Positions 29,978-42,459 of a DNA stretch of 64,000 nucleotides are shown here, in pieces. The stretch lies in the NCBI GenBank assembly GCA_048128005.1, contig JBEUKZ010000089.1:62001-126000 (forward strand), written 5' to 3'. The position numbers were made by a program, and so were the translations under genes. Numbering within the stretch: the stretch's first letter is position 1; every line of letters starts with the position of its first letter. This stretch comes from Veleropilina oligotropha (Eukaryota). Under the pieces are notes generated by a model. The model searched no databases and was not told the DNA's origin. It worked only from the letters and a program-made list of their open reading frames with translations.

Positions 29978-30729
29978 ACCAAGGGAGATTTTTTTAATTT
30001 CTGTACCTAAGTCTCCAAATACCATGAGAAAATTTTGCGCACACATTAAAAATAAATATGAGCCTATATAATCTACAATATTAATTTGTAACCATCATGG
30101 AAAATATATGGACATTTAGGCAGGCAGGGCTCGAAAAAAAAATTAGGGCAACCAAATTTTCAAATCTACTTGCCCAAATTTCATTTTGGTGGCTCAAAAC
30201 TGAAAATGATCAATTATATAATGTTATTAAATTCTTCAGGCTGAGGGTCTTACATAAAAGAACATATATGCAAAAAGCAATCTGGTGAATTTATATAAGG
30301 CTAAAGCGCGTGTATAGTAGTAGGTCACAGATAGGCTGCGTGATAGATATATCAATGCTGATGGTTTGTAAAATGAAGCCTTCAAGGAAAGTAAAAAAAA
30401 TACTCTACTGAATATGCCGAGGAGAGCAATTGACTCTCGCAAAAGAAACGACGTTGGGAGAGCGATATGTAAAAAAAATCATTCAATTTAGTCATTATGT
30501 GAATAAATTTTATACAATATACTAATAATTTATAAGAAGCATTGGCTTATAATGGTGATTTTCTTTACATTTAAAATATCAACACGTGCCCCATGATATA
30601 GAAAAGTGTTTGATGGACTGTTATGTAAATAATGCAAAATTTGCACCACATTTGGTCTACCTAGATATAATATGTAGCCACGCTTTTACTATGTTACTAT
30701 GTTGGCAATGTAATTTTGTTTAGCAAAAA

Positions 30730-30835
30730 GAAATCGACTTTCACCTTTCAAAATACGAAATCGACTTTCACCTTTCAAAATACGAAATCGACTTTCACCT
30801 TTCAAAATACGAAATTGACTTTCACCTTTCAAAAT
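30730..30835. repeat. Tandem repeat, 27-bp unit x ~4 (GAAATCGACTTTCACCTTTCAAAATAC)
   Basis: Directly visible, period 27. Confidence 0.95.
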
Positions 30836-31425
30836 TAATATAAATTCATTACGTATCTTAGCTGCTTACTGTAGTCATCACACTAAATTATCTCCCGTGT
30901 TATTATAGAAATGTAATGCGCCTTGTCGGCAGACTTGCATTCTATACCATAATATGTATGTCCGGTTAAACGTATTATAATTTCATATAAAACTTACTTT
31001 TAAATTAGTTACTAAAACTTCTATTTTTCTCGCGTTTAAATGTTTATTTCATCGTAAATATTACTAAAGCAGTGAAAAGATATCCGCGTGGTTAGCGTGA
31101 AAGTCGCGAAAGACTGCTCTTTTCAAAACCTGAATATAGCGAAAATGACCGAAGTCAAGTAGAATAGCGATAAAGAGTACGAGAAAACATCAATGGGTTC
31201 CGAAAAGCACTTCTCGGCAATGTACGGAAATAGTCAAGGTGTATTTGATACACTCATTGCAAGTCCAACTTGTCGGATATCATTTGAAAATTGTTGTGAC
31301 GCCGCAATCGATATTAGCTGTATAAAAGCATTGAAAATGAAACTAAACACGATTTTATAAGTCCGTTTATTGATTTATCCTATCGTTTAAAGGCGCGCAA
31401 CTTTTGACTCTCACAGATTTCACTC

Positions 31426-31710
31426 GCCCAAATGGAATTATTCTGGCCAGTAACTAGCATTGTTTTTACTGTCTGTAGTCACCCAAATGGAATTAATCGG
31501 GCCAGTAACTATCGTTGTTTTTACTGTCTGTATTCGGCCAAATGGAATTATCCGGGCCAGTAACTATCGTTGTTTTTACTGTCTGTAATCGCCCAAATGG
31601 AATTATTCGGGCCAGTAACTATCGTTGTTTTTACTGTCTGTAGTCGCCCAAATGGAATTATTCAGGCCAGCAACTATCGTTGTTTTTACTGTCTGTAGTC
31701 GCCCAAATGT
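31426..31710. repeat. Minisatellite, 55-bp unit x 5+ (GCCCAAATGGAATTATTCGGGCCAGTAACTATCGTTGTTTTTACTGTCTGTAGTC)
   Basis: Unit starts at 31426, 31481, 31536, 31591, 31646 and 31701. Confidence 0.95.
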
Positions 31711-33512
31711 ACATTTACTCGCCACTGGTGAGCGGGCCACCGGCTATGTTGAGCACTGCATGGGGCGGTATCAATTGATATCCCAAACGTTTGACATGCT
31801 CTATTAAAATTTAACTATTACTTCACTTGTTTGTATTTGTATTTCTAAAGTATCATCAAACTGATTCAATGAGATTGTTTAATTGTATTTCCATGGAAAA
31901 TATCTATTTTCAAAGATTGAAATTTTGAATGCTCAGAAATTACAATTACTATAGAATTTCAGAATGAGATTTTTGACAATCAATAAATTGCTTTTTGTCA
32001 TTCCCTATGGTCAAATTTGTTAACTTGTTGTTGACTATCAAGCAGGACTATATTCAAAGATTTAAATACTAAAATGTTTGAAAAACAAACAAACAAAGAA
32101 ACTACTGGTTCCTATATTTGCTCACATGATGTCATGTTTGATTGGCTTGCTAAAGTTAGATTGAGCACTCATAATTTTCTAAACAATACAACATTGGGGA
32201 TTCCCTGTGTACCACAGTTTGATGCGAGCCACGTATTGAGATGCATCTAGAAACAACTGTCGCGTAGCTGCTGCTGGTAGGACATAACGGCACGATTCAC
32301 GGGCTAAGGGTTAACTTTTGTGTCTTATCACATTCATTTCTACATCATAAATAGTGTAGTACACAATTGAAGTTATATGATCAAAATGCAAGTGTCATAC
32401 CCTTTCTATCATTTTTTTCTTTTCATTGCGGACAGTGCCTAATGATGCTGTTGCTATGCCTTTGGAACCATATTCAGCATGGAATGGCTGTAAACAGGCT
32501 GGATAGCACCTCCCTTAACAGCATGCTGCCCACCATCATCCCCAGGGTCCTAAAACTTCCATTGACTACGCCCAGCATGTTGTGAGATACAGTGTATCCA
32601 TCGTCAGTTTCTGAATAAAGAACAATTCCATAGATTTAGATGTCATCGACTCTTAAAGTGCTGCAACTGATTTTGGCATTTCGTTTTTGACCTGTATATT
32701 CTTCAGTTCTTCAGGAAAACCACACATAGAAGGCACTCATTGAAAAGGGTCACTTTTCATGTCGGTTTCGTGGAGAAAATTCTGAAATGTTGACATGAGA
32801 GAAAATTCTGCACTTGAACACTTTTTTGAACTCTGCAACACAAGCAAGAACTTTGCTGCAAAGAAATATTCCAATTTAGCGCTGTTGTTGGTAGTTGTAA
32901 CCCCTCCTGCTCTGACGCATCATAACAACATGCGACATCTGCATAAAGGGCTCGTTATTTAACATACTGTTATTCTAATGCAGAAATCCAAACTACATGA
33001 TTCATATGTGGTCATAGAACACAAGCATCTCAACTCAAGATTTGCATCACTGAAAATCCTCATTTCTTCCCGGAAAATAAAGGTTGCCCGAAGGATGATT
33101 GCTGTGAAAATTCGTCAAACATTGGCGTGTTGGTTTCTTCAAGATGTCGCTTGAAGTAACGGACGGTGATCCATCACAATAGCTCAGCAAACAAAACTTA
33201 AGGACACAGCATTTTGATGTTTTGCCCAAAAGTATGTATTTAAATTTTTATTTCTGACCCGCAACATACCTTTCATATACTGGCTGTGAAGAATCTGTCA
33301 CTGCAGAATCTCAAAAAACTCTCTTCTCAGACCGCCTTCATCTTTTCCTGGTTCATTTCTAAATTCAATCTAAAATGTTAATACGATATTATGAACTAAT
33401 TTGGTAGAACGGATGGCTGCTCTCGAAAGCAAGTGATTTATTCTATAGCATATGCTGTTGACACTAAGAAGGGAATATCATAGAACGTTGAACTAAATTA
33501 AAAACAGATGTA

Positions 33513-36500
33513 GAATTGAATTGAATTGAAGTTTAACGACCACGCCGACACTAATTGGTCATAATCGGGTCTGTCAAGTTGACTATATAATAATTTAATA
33601 TAAAATGTTGAAAGTTGTGATAGTAAATACCGATAAAATAAAACATGTAAATAAAATAAACCAATATATTTCCAAATAGGATAATGGTTGATAAAAGTAA
33701 AGTAAAACAGTAAAAACGAAATATATGGTTTTTAATCAATGTAAATTTGTGAGGTAAAAGTATACAGGTTAAAATTTATAAAATAAGTTTATCTCTTTTA
33801 AAAAGTCGATTGATTGAATTGAATTGATGTTTAACGACCACGCCGACACTATATGGTCATAATCGGGTCGGTCAATTTAACTAGATAAAAATTTAATATA
33901 TAATGTTAAAAGTTGGGATACATACTGATAAAAATAAATATAGAATAGATGCAAATAAAACAAACCAATATTCTTCCAAATAAAATAAAGCCATTGGAAA
34001 TTTAGATAAAAAACAATAAAATACAAAAGCAGTAAAATACCAAAATTGTGAAATAATAAAAAGGTTGATAAAAAACAAGTATAATAATAAAACAAGATAT
34101 AAAATTGTGAAATAAAAATATAAAATTATAACTTGTAGAAAATATTTACTTGTTTTAAAAACTCGAATATTAACTCGAGCTTAGTGAATTGAAATAACTC
34201 TAGGAGTGAGCTTGCCCTAAAGTACTTTTGGCGTGCGAGATCCAAATCGACACAAATCCAATAATATATGTTTGATTGTTAGGGCAGTTGCACAAGGAAT
34301 ACACTCAGGTGGAGGCTCCCCTTTAAGCAAGTAGGAGTGAGTGTAGTGAGAATGCCCAATCCTCAGTCTGGCCAGGACGACCTCCTCTCGCCGCGTTGGT
34401 CTGCAAGAGGGGCCCCATTCGACAAGTAGAGGTTGGACATTCTGCAGTTTATTCCTTGTGCATTCGCTCCAAGAGTGCTGCCAAGTAGAATTTATATATT
34501 TGTTTATGCTTTGTTTAAAATCAGTATGAGGCAGTTTACAATTTAGTGTATGGTTAAAATGCGAGGCTGCCTTGGCAGCTTGGTCAGCCTTCTCATTACC
34601 CTGGATACCAATATGGCTCGGTATCCAGCATAAAATAATGTCATTATCCGGTAAAAGGTGATTATATTTAATTAAAATATCTAAAATAATAGGGTTTCTA
34701 TTCACCCCCCTCAATGCCTGTAAGCTAGAGAGGGAGTCTGAATATAGCTTCGAGCTTAAAATTAGTAAAACAACTCTTGGAGCGAAATTGCCCTAAAATA
34801 CTTTTGACGTGCGAGATCCAAATTGACACAATCCAGTAATATATGTTTAGTTGTTAGGGCAGTTGCACAAGGAATACACTCAGGTGGAGGCTCCTCTTTA
34901 AGCAAGTAGGAGTGAGTGTAGTAGGAATGCCCAATTCGCAGTCTGGTCAAGACGACCTCCTCTCGGCGAATGGACCTGTACGAGGGAAGCCATTCGCCAA
35001 GAAGGGGCTTGATTGCATGTAATTTATTCCTTGTGCATTCACTCCAAGAGTGCTGCCAAGTAGAATTTATATATTTGTTGATGTTTTGCTTAAAATCAGA
35101 GTGTGGTAATGTACAATTAAGTGTTTGGTTAAAATGTGAGGCTGCCTTGGCAGCTTGGTCAGCCTTTCCATTGCCTTGGATACCGATATGGTTCGGTATC
35201 CAGCATAAAACAATGTCATTATCAGGTAAAAGGTTATTATATATTAATAAAATTTCCTGAACAATAATGTTTCTATTCATCTCCCTCAGTGCTTGTAAGC
35301 TAGAGAGGGAGTCTGAATAGATAACAGCGGCTGCTCCTTCTAAATCTGCATCTTTTGAACCATCTGTGTAAATGCTTGCACGATCTGAATATTTTAATTT
35401 CAGATCGTGCACTTTTGTGAGATAATCTGATGTCTGTGTTTGATTTTTTGAGTGATGTAAGTTGTAGATCAATTACCGGTACCTTTAGTGTCCATGGTGG
35501 AGTAACCGGAATGTGATTTGTTTTAATTTGACCTACATGTATGCCTGCGTTTTCTAGTGCCGGTTTTATGCGGATGCCTACTGGTGCAATTTTGTTTGGT
35601 TTTGCCTGAAATAGATTTTCGTAATTTGGTGTAAATACAGTGTCGAAAGCTGGGTTGAGTGGACTTGATTTTAATTTAATTGCATATTGAAGTGATAGTT
35701 TCTCACGTCTGTGTGTAAGTGATGGTTCGTTAGCTTCCACATAGAGGCTTTCCATAGGTGATGTTCGAAAAGCCCCTAGTGCAAGTCTAAGCCCTTGATT
35801 ATGGATTGGATCAAGCATTTTAAGATATGAATGGCGAGCAGAGCCATATACTATGCTCCCATAATCAAGTTTTGATCTAATTAATGATCTGTATAATCGT
35901 AATAAAACTGTTTTATCAGTACCCCATTCAGTATTAGAAACTACTTTCATTAAATTCAAAGCTTTCTTGCATTTAGCTTTGATATATTTTATATGAGGTA
36001 TGAAAGTCAGTTTGCGGTCAAATATAAGGCCTAAAAATTTAAATTGGTCCACCACTGGAATCTCAAAGTCATCCAGTTTTAGCACAGGGTCGTCATGAAT
36101 TTCATGACGCTGGCAGAAATGCATGCATTTAGTTTTGTCCTTTGAGAATTTAAATCCGTTCTCATCGGACCATGTCTATAATTTATTTAGGCCATGTTGT
36201 AGCTGTTCATATTTGTTGAACGATAGCAAATGCCAAAATCGTCAACAAATAATGAACAGTCTGTGCCAGTCCTAATACATTTGACGATACTGTTGATCTT
36301 AATACTGAATAGGGTGACTGATAAAATACTTCCTTGAGGGACACCCATCTCCTGGTCGTGGATATCGGAGAGGGTGTCACCCACCTTGACTTTAAAATTT
36401 CTATCCTCAAGGAATTTTGAAATAAAATTGGGCAAGTGGCCCTTTAAACCAAAATCAAACAAATCTTTCATAATCCCGTACTTCCAAGTAGTGTCGTAGG

Positions 36501-38300
36501 CCTTCTCTAGATCGCAAAAACAGCAACTAAGTGTTGTCTGTTTAGGAAGGCCTCACGGACAAAAGTTTCCAGATGTACCAAGTGATCTGTGGTGCTCCGG
36601 TTGTGCCGGAACCCACTTTGATATTCTGTAAGTAAATTATTGGATTCTAAGTACCAAACTAATCTCTCATTTATCATCCGTTCCATGGTTTTACAAATAC
36701 AACTCGTCAGGGCTATGGGTCGATAACTGTTAGGATGTGATGTATCTTTCCATGCCTTTGCAATTGGGATAATAATAGCTTCCCTCCACGAGGGAGGGAA
36801 CGTTCCAGTTTCCGAGATAGTATTGCATATTGCAAGTAGAGTTGTAAGTGATGTTCCAGGTAAGTGCTTAAGTAATTGATAGTGAATGTCATCAGGGCCA
36901 ACTGATGTGTCATGTGCCTTGTTTAGTGAATCTGTGAGTTCCTTGTGTGAAAATGGTTGGTTGTATGACTCTGTATTGCTTGATCTAAAATTGAGCCTTG
37001 TTTTTTTCTTTTTGATGTTTAAAATGGCAGAATTTTGGAGTGCAGTTGTCGGATGATGAATTGGCAGAAAATGTGTCTGCCGAGGTGTTTGCGATGGCTT
37101 CTGAATTGGTTGTTTTAAGGTGCTTGATGCAGTTGGGTGTATGCTTGCCGCTGATTTTACGGATCATATCCCATGTTTTTTTAATAGTGGAACGAGAGTT
37201 TAGTTTGGTAACGTAGGAATGCCAGGATTCCCTTTTGCTGTGCTTGATGGTACGTCTGGCTTGTGCTCTTAATAGCCATTAAGATTTTGTAGTGTTGGGT
37301 GCTGTTTAAATGTTGAAATTGCATGTATGCGTGCTTTGATTGCTTGTCTGCAGTCCAAGGTTTGCTTTTGTGTTTGGCATTTGGACAGGTTTTTGGAATT
37401 GATAGTGTTGCAATGTCGTGTAGTGTTGTAGATAAACTTGATATTGGGTCTTCGCCATTAGTAAGGTGATCTGCGTGTAATTGGTCTTCACAAAGAGATT
37501 GGAATTTCCCCCAATCTGCTTTGTGAAGTCTCCACCTTTCAGTGTGTTCTTGTGCTTGATTGATTCTGCTTTCCAGGAAAATTGGAAAGTGGTCGCTTCC
37601 GCGGAGGTCCTCACCAACTTTCCAAGTAAAGTCCAGGAAAGCAGATGGGTCGCACATGGTAAGGTCAATGGTGGTAAGTGAGCCTGTAGGTGGATGCATG
37701 TATGTTGGAGATTTGGTAGTATTAAATAGGCACAAATTGTCTCCCGATCAAGTCCTCTATTTGATGTCCCCGTTTATCTGTGTCAGTACCGCCCCAATCA
37801 GTACTATGGGCGTTAAAATCGCCACACAGTACAAATGGGGTCGGTAGCTGATTGATGAGATTGTCAAGGTCAGTAGGATGTATATTTATGCTAGGTGGTA
37901 AGTATACCGAGCAAATAGTTATTACTCGGTGAGTCGATATTTTCACCGCTACTGCCTGTAAGTTGGTGTTTAAGTTGACCTGACTGTGTGGTGTTCTGTT
38001 GCTAATGATGATTGAAACCCCCCCTGTAGCCTTGTCACCTGTGGTGACAATGTGATTATATAGTGAGTGGTCTTTAATGCGTATGTTGTCTGTGAGTTTC
38101 ATGTAAGTTTCATTCAGACAAAATGCTAGAGGTTTGTGGTCTTGTATTAGTAAATTGATCTCATCAATATTCGGTTTAATGCCTCTACAATTCCATTGTA
38201 TTAGGGTACCTGTCATGTTGTGTTGTTGGTTTATTTATATAGTAATTTGTGTATATTGCTTTGCTATAATTTACTACTTGTTTGGTGGAAGTACGGGCTT
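33513..38300 (-). mobile_element. I-clade (Nimb-like) LINE: APE endonuclease, RT, RNase H; decayed, ORF1 almost entirely lost
   Basis: ORF2 starts at 38216 (IQWNCRG..LNET..GDFNAH..GSDHFP); GVPQGSILS, FVDD; RNase H YTDGS..SDSLS..WIPSHIGIQGNEKAD; ARLRIGH and C-x2-C..H..C. (CAATT)n tail. Many frameshifts. KPVLPPNK* at ~38275-38300 may be the end of ORF1. Confidence 0.9.
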
Positions 38301-41300
38301 TATGAAGGTTTTGGCTTTGCCGATGGCTGATCCAATGGTCGATCGTCATCCATTGGATCTTCGACAGCCGACAAAGAAAGAACACTTTATATCCTTCATG
38401 GCCAAGGTTTTAAATTCGGGTGCAGCAGAAGTGGCTCCGCCGCCTACGGGAGAAGTTTGTTACTTACCGATCTTCGGCGTCTATCATCAGCAAAAACCTG
38501 ACCAAATCAGTGGTGTATTTGACTCAGCAGCAACGTTCGAGGGAGTTTCCTTAAATAAATGTCTTCTAACTGGACCCAACTTGACAAACGATCTATTACG
38601 AATCCTGCTACGCTTCCGCAAGGATCAGTTCGCGATCGCCGCCGACATTGAGCAAATGTTCTACTCCTTTCTGGTAAAAGAGGATCAACAGGACTTTCTG
38701 CGCTTTTTCTGGTATGAAGACAACAATCCAGACCTCGGACTCATCGATTATCGCATGAAATCTCACGTTTTCGGCAATAGCCCTTCTCCAGCAATCGCCA
38801 GGTACGGCCTCAGAAAGAGTGTGGAAGGAGACGACGTGGACGATGATGTCAAGAACTTGGTCATCGACGACTTCTACGTAGACGACGCGCTGACATCCCT
38901 GCCTAAAGAAGAAGACGCTGTCAGCCTCCTGCAAAGAACTAAAACAGCTCTAAAGAAAGGAGGAAATATCAGACTGCACAAGTTTGTCTCGAACAGCCCC
39001 AAAGTAATGAGTGCATTTCCGGTGGAAGGTCTTGGCAAGGAGGTCAAAAGTCTCCAGCTAGACAAGGACACCTTACCCACACACAGAAGTTTAGGTTTAT
39101 TGTGGGACATGAACTCTGATACATTCAATTTTGACACGTGTGTAAAGGACACACCCCAAACGAGACGCGGTATGCTGTCGGCACTGAACAGCATATACGA
39201 CCCGCTTGGATTTGCAGCTCCCATCACCATTCAGGGGAAAATTGTGATGAGAAAGATTCATAAAGGATACAGCTGGGATGATACACTCGATCCTACAGTA
39301 ATAGACAGTTGGAAGGCTTTCGAAGAATCTATGGTGTCACTGAAGGATCTATCTATTTCACGCATGATATCACCATCATCTCTGAGCACAGTCAACAATC
39401 CAGTACTTCTAGTCTTTTTCGACGCATCTGAGCAAGCAGTGAGTGTGGTAGCCTACATGAAAACTCAAACGGATGGAAACAACACACAGGTTTTGTTATG
39501 GGAAAGGCCAAAATCGCACCAAGCCATGGACACACCATTCCAAGACTGGAATTATATGCTGCATTATTAGCGACAGACGTTGCACAGATCATCATCGACA
39601 ACCTGGGCATTGAACTGCAAACCGTACAGTTTTATACCGACAGCAAAGTGGTGCTCGGTTACCTGAACAACAGAACAAGACACTTCTACAATTACGTAGC
39701 TAACCGAGTGGAACGTATTCGGAAAGTATCCAATCCTGATCAATGGAAATATGTTTCAACAAAGAACAATCCCGCAGATCATGGTACGAGAGGTCTACGC
39801 ACAGCGAATGATATCCAAGAAAAATGGCTCAAGGGACCCGAGAAACTGCAAAACGTTCGTGGTTCAGGAGAACAGGATGAATTTCCTCTCATATGTCCGG
39901 AAGAGGACAAGGAGATCAGAGTAAATGTCAGCAAAACAAAGGTCAGCGTTAGTCTTGTCCACAAATTCGGAAGATATTCAGACTGGTTTCGCCTCATAGG
40001 TGCTCTGAGTTTACTCAAAACAGCAGCGAAGAACTACCCGACTCACAGTTCCAAAAGGGACACAACCACATCAGCAGCTATTCGCTTGGAGACAGAAAGA
40101 TTTGTACTCCGACAGTGTCAACTGGATCAGTATCCTGAGGAAATGAACAGTCTGCTGAATGGTCGACCTGTAAAGGCAAGCTCCGTCATTAGTACATTAG
40201 CTCCGATTCTTGACTCAACAGGAGTCATGCGTGTCGGATGCCGACTAAGTCAAGGATACCTTTCCTTGGAGGAAACCAACCCTATAATACTGTCAGGCAG
40301 GTCACACGTCGCCAAACTCCTGGTTCGACATTACCACGAGAAGATAAGGCACCAGGGAAGACTTCTCACAGGAGGAACATTAAGGAACCATGGTTTCTGG
40401 ATCGTTGGTGGAAAGAGACTGATATCCAGTGTCATCTATCAGTGTGTTGTGTGCAGAAGGCTAAGGGGAAGTGTTCAGTCGCAGAAGATGGCAGACTTAC
40501 CTGTCGACCGATTGACTTGCGGACCACCATTTACATCTGTTGGTATCGACGCTTTCGGTCCATGGAACGTCGTTACAAGAAAGACACGTGGTGGCGCAGC
40601 TAACTCGAAACGCTGGGCGATCTTATTTACGTGTTTAACTACACGTGCAGTTCACATTGAATGTGTTGAAGAGATGAGTAGCTCCTCGTTCATCAACGCA
40701 TTAATTCGATTCGTCGCCATCCGGGCATCGTCAAGGAGCTGAGGTCTGATAGAGGCACGAACTTTGTTGGTGCTGCTCATGTGTTCAGTTCCACAGACAA
40801 GCTTGAGATCATTAATGTCTAGGATGGTCCCATCAGCAGTTTCTTAAACAGGTCAGGAATCGTATGGATCTTCAACCCTCCCCATTCTTCCCATATGGGA
40901 GGGGTATGGGAGAGGATGATCGGCTTGACGAGAAGAATACTGGATGCCATGTTTTTGGAGAAATCGACACGGAATCTCACCCATGAGGTTCTTGTAACAT
41001 TGATGGCAGAGGTCAGCGCCATTATAAACTCAAGACCATTGGCGCCCATTTCTACTGATCCTGAATCCCCAATGATCCTGAGTCCTGCTACATTATTAAC
41101 GCAGAAAACAGGAGGCGGATTGTTGCTGTCTGGAAGTCTAGACATAAAGGATATTTACAAGGAACAGTGGAAGATAACTCAAGTTCTAGCGGATATGTTT
41201 TGGAAGAAGTGGAGAGAAGGATATCTTCAAACCCTACAGACGAGGAGAAAATGTAAAACCGATGTGCGGGACGTAGAAAATGGTGATGTCATTCTACTGA

Positions 41301-41800
41301 AAGACAGGTGCTTGCCCAGAAAAGAGTGGGCAGTCGGTGTAGTTGTGAACACATTTAAAAGTGGAAGCGATGGAAAAGTTCGTAAGGCTGAACTACGCAT
41401 AGCCAAGGAGGGATCGATCGTCACCTACACGCGACCGATTACAGAAATGGTCATTCTTGTGGAGAATTAGTTTCGTTCATGAACAATATGGACAATGACA
41501 TTCATACTCGTCAATTACATTATTAATTTCTTGTATGATTCAGAGTTGAGTTTACTGTATGTGTTATCGACATAGACCCATCTAGATATATTGTTGTCCG
41601 TCGTGACATGGTTACAATTTGATGTGGATTATATTATATAGATTTTTAATTTAATTGGAGTGATATGTCGGAGATATCAGACGGATAGTGTACTGCCCCA
41701 GTGGTTCAGTTTCGTGTTCGAGTATTCTCAGTTATTTGCCTATGCATTGATTAGAGTTATCTCCCTTGCCTTGGCTTTGCCTTCTTGCCTGGGAAGCGGT
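38301..41800 (+). mobile_element. BEL/Pao LTR retrotransposon, 5'-truncated pol (RT-RNase H-integrase) plus start of 3' LTR
   Basis: YLPIFGV, GPNLTN, ADIEQMF, FGNSPSP, FYVDD, YDPLG, TIPRLEL, FYTDS, NPAD, H..H..CVVC, GIDAFGP, SDRGTNF, GGVWER, TRPI. Frameshifts near 39495 and 40730, stop near 40820. Putative LTR start TGTACTGCC at ~41689. Confidence 0.9.
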
Positions 41801-42459
41801 ATGTTAATACGCACATTGCAATGTTGAGAAGCACTTCAACACTTATGATGCTGTTTTGATATCTGTGGTTATCCACAAGTCCCAACGATGTAAGTGGTTT
41901 AATGAGTGTCCAAACGCAATATATCGCTGTTATTATGAAGAGATGTATAACAACAATATGAAAGTTACTGCGAACATCCGTTGTTTAATTATATTTATAG
42001 CACCGGTATTGTTGGTCGGTATTGGTGTGTCGGCGATAATATAGCGTGTTCAGATATTATGTGATATGAGTATATTGTCATGAATTACACACATATGCCT
42101 ATTGTACTGAATCTAAATGTATATATTTACAATTTATAACGAAAAGTCATCTTGAATCATTTTTTATTACATTTATTCACAAGTAAACAAACAAACGATG
42201 TAGCTCTATAGCAGATTATGATTGTAAAGTTGGTTTGTATCTATCTGTTGTAGTTTTTACGATATCAAAGGAGATTAAACGTACATCAAACTCTATTGGA
42301 TCGTTATCTTTCTGTTCGCCTTCTGAGGCAGCTGATCGCGGAGCAGAACATAGTATATACTCATAACAGTACAATATACAATATATAAAATACACGTCAT
42401 CAAGAAAACATTGTACTTATTTACCACCCATAGCATGTTGAGCTTGTTGTAACTCGCTC

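Larger units (their letters stand above)
30125..31758. mobile_element. Probable non-autonomous hAT-like element in HECT intron
   Basis: Ends CAGGGCTCGA / CAGTGCTCAA (8/10) and subterminal GGGCAA/TTGCCC/CGCCC motifs like the 7464 element; no clean TSD. Confidence 0.5.
26537..33369 (-). pseudogene. HECT-domain E3 ubiquitin ligase (G2E3-like), five exons: 33369-33270, 32610-32401, 28438-28216, 27681-27517, 26769-26537
   Basis: Manual minus-strand splicing at GT-AG sites with consistent phases gives IEFRNEPGKDEGGLRREFF (HECT N-lobe start) .. FRTLGMMVGSMLL/GG/PACL .. QVMLDEFWKGAKAVGLKTLL..FP .. GEPGSN .. VLQFISGASTLPPGG .. YPSTSTCT (catalytic Cys) .. GFGNV*. One in-frame TGA (~33300) and several frameshifts. 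Upstream exons not found. Confidence 0.85.

Noticed and set aside
31426..31710. Regular repeat array resembling CRISPR
   Set aside because: Units are contiguous with no unique spacers, there are no cas genes, and the context is eukaryotic.
38134..38350. N-terminus of the 478-aa ORF
   Set aside because: Antisense of the LINE fused by chance to BEL pol.
41800..42420. Split direct or inverted terminal repeats of the YR element
   Set aside because: No matching repeat found by eye near 46330-46900, so DIRS versus Ngaro is not resolved structurally.
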